This document shows, in pieces, positions 57,628 through 64,000 of a stretch of 64,000 nt of DNA (positions are counted from its first letter, which is position 1; each line of letters begins with the position of its first letter). The translations under genes and the position numbers were made by a program. This DNA comes from Candidatus Faecivicinus avistercoris (GTDB lineage Bacteria; Bacillota; Clostridia; Christensenellales; Aristaeellaceae), in assembly GCA_018716805.1 (NCBI GenBank), contig DVJL01000068.1:14713-78712 (forward strand), written 5' to 3'. The notes under the pieces were generated by a model. The model did no database searches and had not been told where the DNA came from. It saw only the letters and a list, made by a program, of their open reading frames with translations.

Positions 57628-58161
57628 TCATTCCTCCACGCGGACGACCTCGTCGTAGGCGAGTTCCACGTCGGTTTCCCGCTTGAGCATCGGAACCACG
57701 ACCTTGATGCGCTTGGCGCCCTCGTCGATCTCCGTCACCCGTCCGGTGAAATTCTCAAACAGGCCCGTCAGGATCCGCACGCTGTCGCCAACGCAGATGT
57801 CCGCGCGCACCTGCGGCGCCGCGGGGTTGAACACATTGGCGAAGTCCGTCTCGGAAAGCGGCGTGGCTTTGTTGCCCGCGCCGACAAAACCCGTCACACC
57901 GCGCGTATTGCGAACCACAAACCAGGTTTCGTTGGTCATTTCCATCTTGACCATCACATAACCGGGCAGCAGCTTGCGCTGAACCGTGCGGCGCTTGTTG
58001 TTCTTGATCTCGACAACCTCTTCCGTCGGAATGCGGACGTCGACGATTTTGTCCTGCATGCCGTTGTTTTCAACGGCCTTCTCGAGGTTGACCTTGACCT
58101 TGTTTTCGTAGCCGGAATAGGTATGCACGACATACCATTTGATTCCCTCGTTTTCCGCCAT
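57628..58161 (-). CDS. nusG: transcription termination/antitermination factor NusG
   Basis: [15 protein letters not shown]... NGN domain and a C-terminal KOW ([18 protein letters not shown]). Confidence 0.96.
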   Translation of the reverse strand: MAENEGIKWYVVHTYSGYENKVKVNLEKAVENNGMQDKIVDVRIPTEEVVEIKNNKRRTVQRKLLPGYVMVKMEMTNETWFVVRNTRGVTGFVGAGNKATPLSETDFANVFNPAAPQVRADICVGDSVRILTGLFENFTGRVTEIDEGAKRIKVVVPMLKRETDVELAYDEVVRVEE

Positions 58162-58176
58162 CTGAGCACCCCGTCC

Positions 58177-58443
58177 TTAGAGGTTCACGATGAGGTTGAC
58201 CAACGCGCTCGCGCCGAAATCAAACACACCGATGACGACGATCATGGCGATCATAAAGAGGAAGACGACGAGAGAATAGTTGATCATTTCCTTGCGGGTC
58301 GGCCAGGTGACCTTCTTCAGCTCGTGCTTCATGTTCAGGAAGAAGCGGCCGATTCCCTTAAAGAAATTGCCAATGGCCCTGCCGAAGCGCTTCATGCGCC
58401 CGGGCTGCTGCTGGGCGTTCTTGGTTTCCTCTGCCTTAGCCAT
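58177..58443 (-). CDS. secE: preprotein translocase subunit SecE
   Basis: 88 aa with ..ELKKVTWPTRKEMINYSLVV.. and a single C-terminal TM segment. Confidence 0.93.
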   Translation of the reverse strand: MAKAEETKNAQQQPGRMKRFGRAIGNFFKGIGRFFLNMKHELKKVTWPTRKEMINYSLVVFLFMIAMIVVIGVFDFGASALVNLIVNL

Positions 58444-58482
58444 CTTTTCACATCCTTCTCTGCGAGCCGGCGAACGACGGCA

Positions 58483-58644
58483 TCACTTGGTCTCCTTGTG
58501 GCTGGTGTGCTTTCTGCAGAAGCGGCAGTACTTATTCATCTCGAGGCGGTCGGGATCGTTCTTCTTGTTCTTCATGGTATTGTAATTGCGCTGCTTGCAC
58601 TCCGTGCACGCGAGCGTCACCTTGACGCGCTTGTCCGAGGCCAT
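58483..58644 (-). CDS. rpmG: 50S ribosomal protein L33
   Basis: [64 protein letters not shown]. Confidence 0.96.
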   Translation of the reverse strand: MASDKRVKVTLACTECKQRNYNTMKNKKNDPDRLEMNKYCRFCRKHTSHKETK

Positions 58645-58760
58645 GCTGTGGACACCTCCTGTATTCTGATTCGGCTCCCGCGGATTTCCGCGGCCGCCTT
58701 GTAGAGTCCGGCAAGAAGTGCCGACGACAACAGCAGCCCACATCCGGGGCAGACTAATAT

Positions 58761-58789
58761 ATTATAGAATAGCCTTCCCCGAATTGCAA
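58761..58789 (-). promoter_or_regulatory. sigma-A promoter of rpmG-secE-nusG-rplK-rplA
   Basis: The minus strand reads TTGCAA-17 nt-TATAAT. Confidence 0.6.
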
Positions 58790-58866
58790 GCCCCTGCCGC
58801 TTTCATATGCAAATTTTACAATGAAAGCGCGAAAATTTCGCCTGCCGGCAATGGCCGGAACCTCTT

Positions 58867-58900
58867 GGAAAAGGGCCACATACCCGCAGGTACATGGCCC
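58867..58900 (-). terminator. intrinsic terminator after rplL
   Basis: The minus strand reads GGGCCATGTAC-ctgcgg-GTATGTGGCCC (11 bp including 2 G-U) followed by TTTTCC. Confidence 0.65.
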
Positions 58901-58915
58901 TTGGCACGCAGATGA

Positions 58916-59287
58916 TTACTTGATCTCGATGACCGCGCCGACTTCCTCGAACTTCTTCTTGAGTTCCTCGGCCGCTTCCTTGCTGATGCCCTCGGCCAGC
59001 GTGGAGGGGGCGTTGTCGACCATGTCCTTGGCTTCCTTCAGGCCCAGGCCCGGCTTGACTTCGCGGACGACCTTGATGACGTTGAGCTTCTTCGCGCCCG
59101 CTTCCTTCAGGACGACGTCGAACTCGGTCTTCTCCTCGACTTCCTCAGCGGCCGCCGCCACAGCGCCGCCAGCCACGACGGGAGCCGCCGCGGACACGCC
59201 GAACTTCTCTTCCATTTCCTTAACCAGGTCAGCCAGCTCGAGAATGGTCATCTTCTCGATCGCGGAGATGATTTCTGCATTGCTCAT
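58916..59287 (-). CDS. rplL: 50S ribosomal protein L7/L12
   Basis: [36 protein letters not shown]... ATG 59287 with an AGGAGGAA RBS. Confidence 0.97.
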   Translation of the reverse strand: MSNAEIISAIEKMTILELADLVKEMEEKFGVSAAAPVVAGGAVAAAAEEVEEKTEFDVVLKEAGAKKLNVIKVVREVKPGLGLKEAKDMVDNAPSTLAEGISKEAAEELKKKFEEVGAVIEIK

Positions 59288-59361
59288 GGATATTTCCTCC
59301 TGTGATGATTTCAATGATCTTGATGGTCATGCAGCGCGCAGGTCTGCGCGCAAACGCGGGA

Positions 59362-59856
59362 TTATTCGCCCGCCTTCTGCTTGCGGATCGCCTCGACGCA
59401 GTAGACGAACTTCGACACGGAGCTCATCATGCTGCCCATGATCTTCGCGATGAGGGTCTCCTTGCTCGGCAGGTTGGCCAGCGCCTGTACGCCCGCCTCG
59501 TCGAGGTACGCGCCATCGCAGACGCCGCACTTGATCGTCAGCTTCTTCGCCTTCTTGGAGAACTCGCTGATGATCTTCGCGGGGGCGATCATGTCCTCGT
59601 AGCCGAACGCGACGGCGGTCGGTCCTTCGAGATGCGCCTTGACGCCGTCCATGCCCAGGCCGTCGATGGCGAGGTTGATCATGGTGTTCTTCAGAACCGC
59701 GTATTCGACGCCCGCCTTGCGCAGCTGATTGCGCAGCTCGGTGTCCTCCGCGACGTTCAGGCCGCGGTAATCCACGAGCACGACGGTCTGCGCGCGCTGG
59801 AACTTGTCGCGAATGTCCGCGACGACGCCCTTTTTGATTTCAAGATTCTTGGACAA
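59362..59856 (-). CDS. rplJ: 50S ribosomal protein L10
   Basis: (M)SKNLEIKKGVVADIRDKFQRAQTVVLVDYRGLNVAEDTELR... I place the start at TTG 59856 (GAGGTG 7 nt upstream). The longer ORF to 59934 runs into the leader terminator. Confidence 0.94.
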   Translation of the reverse strand: MSKNLEIKKGVVADIRDKFQRAQTVVLVDYRGLNVAEDTELRNQLRKAGVEYAVLKNTMINLAIDGLGMDGVKAHLEGPTAVAFGYEDMIAPAKIISEFSKKAKKLTIKCGVCDGAYLDEAGVQALANLPSKETLIAKIMGSMMSSVSKFVYCVEAIRKQKAGE

Positions 59857-60012
59857 TTTCAAACACCTCACATTCCCGTCCAGATTGACGGCAATAAAAA
59901 ACCCTTGCACAGACGCAAGGGCGGCAATTTCCAACCATTGCGCCTCGGCGAGCGACCGTTTCCGGTCTTATGCACAGCACTCGCTGTCTATGGCACAGAG
60001 CTTCTTAAGCCG
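59857..60012 (-). ncRNA. rplJ leader (candidate L10(L12)4-responsive leader)
   Basis: About 155-nt leader between a consensus promoter and rplJ, containing an intrinsic terminator. The position matches the L10 leader of Firmicutes. I did not verify the fold. Confidence 0.45.
59896..59921 (-). terminator. leader attenuator terminator upstream of rplJ
   Basis: The minus strand reads CCCTTGC-gtctgt-GCAAGGG followed by TTTTTTAT, about 40 nt before the rplJ start. Confidence 0.75.
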
Positions 60013-60018
60013 GATATT

Positions 60019-60047
60019 ATTATAGCAGATCTCCGCCCGGCTGTCAA
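60019..60047 (-). promoter_or_regulatory. consensus sigma-A promoter of rplJL
   Basis: The minus strand reads TTGACA-17 nt-TATAAT, both hexamers perfect. Confidence 0.7.
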
Positions 60048-60156
60048 CCGCCGCGCAGCGTCTCCGTCTTCATTTAACATGTTCGTCCTGTGCGGCGCGA
60101 TTCCCAAAAATTAACGCGCGATTCGCGCCCAGCCGGCAGGAATTTACGCAGAAACC

Positions 60157-60185
60157 TTGAAAAACCCCTTCGGGTGTGTTAAACT
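60157..60185 (+). promoter_or_regulatory. putative promoter of tig
   Basis: TTGAAA-17 nt-TAAACT. Confidence 0.4.
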
Positions 60186-60237
60186 GCTAGGGTGTGCATG
60201 ATATGTCAGTGCCGAGAAGTTCAGGAGGATGAATGGA

Positions 60238-61521
60238 ATGACCACTACGTTTGAGAAACTCTCTTCCAATAAAGTCAAGCTGGGCTTTGCCGTCGAGCCG
60301 GAGAAGTTCGACGAAGGTCTGCAGACCGCCTATCGCAAGCTGGTCAAGCAGATCTCCATTCCCGGCTTCCGCCGGGGCAAGGCGCCGATGCGCGTCATCG
60401 AGAGCCACTATGGCCCCAGCGTGTTCTATGAGGACGCCTTCGAGGCGATCTTCCCGGAGATCTACCGCGCCGGCCTTGAGGAGCACGGCGTCGAACCCGT
60501 CGACAGCCCGGAGCTCGACATCGAGCAGATCGGCCGCGGCAAGGAGCTGAAGTTCACCGTCGAGGTGTTCGTCCGCCCCGACGTCAAGCTCGGCGAGTAT
60601 AAGAACCTCGGCCTGAAGAAGGAAGTCGCCGAGGTCACCGACGACGATGTCAACGCCGACATCGAGCGCGCCCGCGAGCGCGCCGCCCGCTATGTCGAAA
60701 TCACCGACCGCCCGGCGAAGCTCGACGATCAGGTCAACATCGACTATGCCGGCTATCTGGGCGACGTTCAGTTCGACGGTGGCACGGCCACCGGCCACGA
60801 CCTTGTGCTCGGCTCGGGCAGCTTCATCCCCGGCTTCGAGGATCAGCTGGTCGGCGCGAAGGTCGGCGACGAGGTGGACGTGAACGTCACCTTCCCGGAG
60901 GAGTATCACGCCGAGGAGCTCGCCGGCAAGCCCGTCGTGTTCAAGGTCAAGGTCAACTCCATCCGCGAGAAGGACGTCCCCGCGCTGGACGACGACTTCG
61001 TGACCGAGGTCTCTGAAAAGGCCAACACCGTCGACGAATACCGCGCCGAGATCCGCGAAAAGCTCGAAAAGCGCGCCGAGGACAACGCCGACCGCGCGTT
61101 TGAGGACGCCGTGCTCGACGCCGTCAGCGACAACGCCGAGGTCGACATCCCGAAGGCCATGATCGACGACGAAGTCACCGCAATGCTGCGCGACATGGAA
61201 ATGCGCCTGGCCTATCAGGGCATGAAGCTCGACGACTTTGCGAAGTACACCGGCCAGACGATCGACCAGCTTCGCGAGCAGTACCGCCCAGGCGCCGAGG
61301 AGCGCGTGCGCAAGAACCTCGTGCTTGAAGCGGTCATGAAGGCGGAGAACATCGCCGCGACCGACGAAGAGGTCGACAAGGAGATCGCCGACTACGCCGC
61401 GCGCAGCGGCCAGAAGCCGGAGGATCTGCGCAAGGCCATCGGCGAGGACGGCGTCAAGCGCTTTGCCGAGATGGCGTCTCTGAAAAAGACCGTCGACTTC
61501 CTCAAGGCGAACGCCGAATAA
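60238..61521 (+). CDS. tig: trigger factor
   Basis: N-terminal ribosome-binding motif GFRRGKAP, a central FKBP PPIase (GFEDQLVG) and a C-terminal arm domain. ATG 60238 lies 9 nt after AGGAGG. Confidence 0.96.
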   Translation: MTTTFEKLSSNKVKLGFAVEPEKFDEGLQTAYRKLVKQISIPGFRRGKAPMRVIESHYGPSVFYEDAFEAIFPEIYRAGLEEHGVEPVDSPELDIEQIGRGKELKFTVEVFVRPDVKLGEYKNLGLKKEVAEVTDDDVNADIERARERAARYVEITDRPAKLDDQVNIDYAGYLGDVQFDGGTATGHDLVLGSGSFIPGFEDQLVGAKVGDEVDVNVTFPEEYHAEELAGKPVVFKVKVNSIREKDVPALDDDFVTEVSEKANTVDEYRAEIREKLEKRAEDNADRAFEDAVLDAVSDNAEVDIPKAMIDDEVTAMLRDMEMRLAYQGMKLDDFAKYTGQTIDQLREQYRPGAEERVRKNLVLEAVMKAENIAATDEEVDKEIADYAARSGQKPEDLRKAIGEDGVKRFAEMASLKKTVDFLKANAE

Positions 61522-61673
61522 TCCGGTCTGCCGCCTGAAAAACCCGCAGAGGACAAGCCCCGCATCCGCAGAGCGCGAATCTGTGGGGTGCGGGACTTGT
61601 TCTCTGTGGGCATAAACCAGCTCAGGCGGCGCATACTATATGAAAATGGACGTTTTTTACAGGAGGTGTGACC

Positions 61674-62258
61674 ATGAATCTGGTGCCCTACGTCATCGAA
61701 CAGACCAACCGCGGCGAGCGCTCGTATGACATCTACTCCCGCCTGCTCAAGGATCGAATCATCTTCCTGGGCGGCGAGATCGACGACGACGTCGCCAATT
61801 CCGTCGTGGCGCAGATGCTCTTCCTCGAAATGGAGAATCCGGACGCCGACATCATGCTCTACATCAACAGCCCCGGTGGCTCGGTTTCCGCCGGCATGGC
61901 GATCTACGATACGATGCGCTACCTCAAGTGCGAGGTCTCCACGCTGTGCGTCGGCCTCGCCGCCTCGATGGGCGCGTTTCTGCTGGCGGCCGGCGCCAAG
62001 GGCAAGCGCAAGGCATTGCCCCACGCCGAGATCATGATCCATCAGCCGCTCGGCGGCGCGAAGGGCCAGGCCACGGACATCCAGATCCAGGCCGAGCAGA
62101 TCCTTCGCATCAAAAAGACGATGAACGAATTGCTCGCGCAGAACACCGGCAAGCCGCTCAAGACGATCGAAAAGGACGTCGAGCGCGACCACTACCTCAC
62201 CGCCGAACAGGCGCGCGACTACGGCATCATCGACGAAATCATCGCTCCAAGGAGATAA
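61674..62258 (+). CDS. clpP: ATP-dependent Clp protease proteolytic subunit
   Basis: [29 protein letters not shown], with the catalytic Ser in GLAASMGA and His in IMIHQP. ATG 61674 lies 7 nt after AGGAGG. Confidence 0.97.
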   Translation: MNLVPYVIEQTNRGERSYDIYSRLLKDRIIFLGGEIDDDVANSVVAQMLFLEMENPDADIMLYINSPGGSVSAGMAIYDTMRYLKCEVSTLCVGLAASMGAFLLAAGAKGKRKALPHAEIMIHQPLGGAKGQATDIQIQAEQILRIKKTMNELLAQNTGKPLKTIEKDVERDHYLTAEQARDYGIIDEIIAPRR

Positions 62259-62261
62259 TCA

Positions 62262-63551
<1,290 letters not shown>

Positions 63552-63584
63552 GGGCGTGTTCATCTTCATTACAGCCATCGCAAA

Positions 63585-63616
63585 ATCCGGGGTTACGCAC
63601 CCCGGATTTCTTTTTT
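63585..63616 (+). terminator. intrinsic terminator after clpX
   Basis: ATCCGGGGT-tacgc-ACCCCGGAT followed by TTCTTTTTT. Confidence 0.8.
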
Positions 63617-63752
63617 CGGCTCCGCCCATGGACACGACCTGTATTGCGCACGCCGGATTGGATTTCCTGCTCCTCAGTCTCACCGCCCTGCCCCTTCCCA
63701 TAAGCAAAACTTCCCCGTCCGCAAAGCGAACGGGGAAATGCGTCGGGGAAAA

Positions 63753-64000
63753 TTACAGCTTTGCAGCCTTTGCGCGGCGGCGGGCAATGGCGTTGTACAC
63801 CGCCATCGCGGCGATCGTCGCGATATAGGGGATGCACTCCAGCAGCTGCTGCTTGATCGCCGTGTTCTGCAGCACGCGCGCGAGCGCCTGCGTGAAGCCG
63901 AACAGCAGGCTGGAGAGCAGCGCGCCGATCGGATGCCCCTGACAGAGGTTGTTCGCCGCGAGCGCGACGTAGCCGCGCGCGGAGGAGATGTTCTGAATGA
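63753..64000 (-). CDS. ABC transporter permease, C-terminal 81 codons (BMP/nucleoside-sugar type); the gene starts beyond the window end
   Basis: Manual reverse translation gives ..IQNISSARGYVALAANNLCQGHPIGALLSSLLFGFTQALARVLQNTAIKQQLLECIPYIATIAAMAVYNAIARRRAKAAKL*. This is not in the ORF track because the start lies outside the window. Confidence 0.65.
   Translation of the reverse strand, partial: IQNISSARGYVALAANNLCQGHPIGALLSSLLFGFTQALARVLQNTAIKQQLLECIPYIATIAAMAVYNAIARRRAKAAKL

Noticed and set aside
61522-61673. Searched the tig-clpP spacer for a CtsR operator (GGTCAAA direct repeat) and a clean terminator
   Set aside because: No CtsR-like heptad repeat is visible. Only an imperfect hairpin (about 61556-61592) without a good U tract is present, which is not strong enough to annotate.

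Overview
This is a GC-rich window, roughly 60-65% by eye (not computed). It looks like core chromosome from a spore-forming Firmicute of the class Clostridia, possibly Oscillospiraceae/Ruminococcaceae-like; that lineage guess is inference only. I support about 60 protein-coding genes, packed tightly.

Gene content, in order along the window:
- araB fragment, then rpmE-DUF1385-prmC-prfA-tsaC on the minus strand.
- A small accessory block: serine hydrolase, PfkB kinase, an orphan protein and a GT4 glycosyltransferase.
- A heterodimeric ABC exporter pair with a divergent AraC regulator.
- SDR epimerase, then a MoxR ATPase, a VWA protein and a polyferredoxin, divergent from an acsA(cooS)-acsB CO dehydrogenase/acetyl-CoA synthase bicistron followed by 5-formyl-THF cyclo-ligase.
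- pepT, glcK, hprK, a HAD hydrolase, a GT2 glycosyltransferase and a GH2 beta-galactosidase.
- A cell-wall/sporulation block: L,D-transpeptidase, a small lipoprotein, a membrane protein and spoIIP.
- An orphan Cys-rich small protein, then ldh-rex.
- An AraC / dehydrogenase (interrupted by an in-frame TAG) / sugar-phosphate isomerase operon.
- A C69 dipeptidase with a Cys-rich repeat tail, then a second paralogous ABC exporter pair and a sufC/sufD-like pair.
- infC-rpmI-rplT, a vat-type streptogramin acetyltransferase, an unusually ordered rplJL / rpmG-secE-nusG-rplKA cluster, tig-clpP-clpX and a partial ABC permease.

I saw no rRNA, tRNA, CRISPR array, transposase, integrase, prophage or recognisable defence system. 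Most long ORFs in the six-frame track are antisense artefacts of the high GC content.

I cannot point to a convincing complete new multi-gene system. The observations most worth a second look are:
1. A family of roughly 158-nt MITE-like intergenic elements with terminal inverted repeats. There are three copies, and one supplies the stop codon of prfA.
2. The isolated acsA-acsB module with no cooC or acsCDE in the window, placed divergently from a MoxR/VWA/4-cluster ferredoxin unit.
3. An orphan 87-aa protein with 14 cysteines.
4. The CAG->TAG interruption of the dehydrogenase.
5. The rearranged ribosomal-protein cluster with an embedded vat gene.

All calls rest on reading the sequence and recalling family motifs. 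No database search was run.
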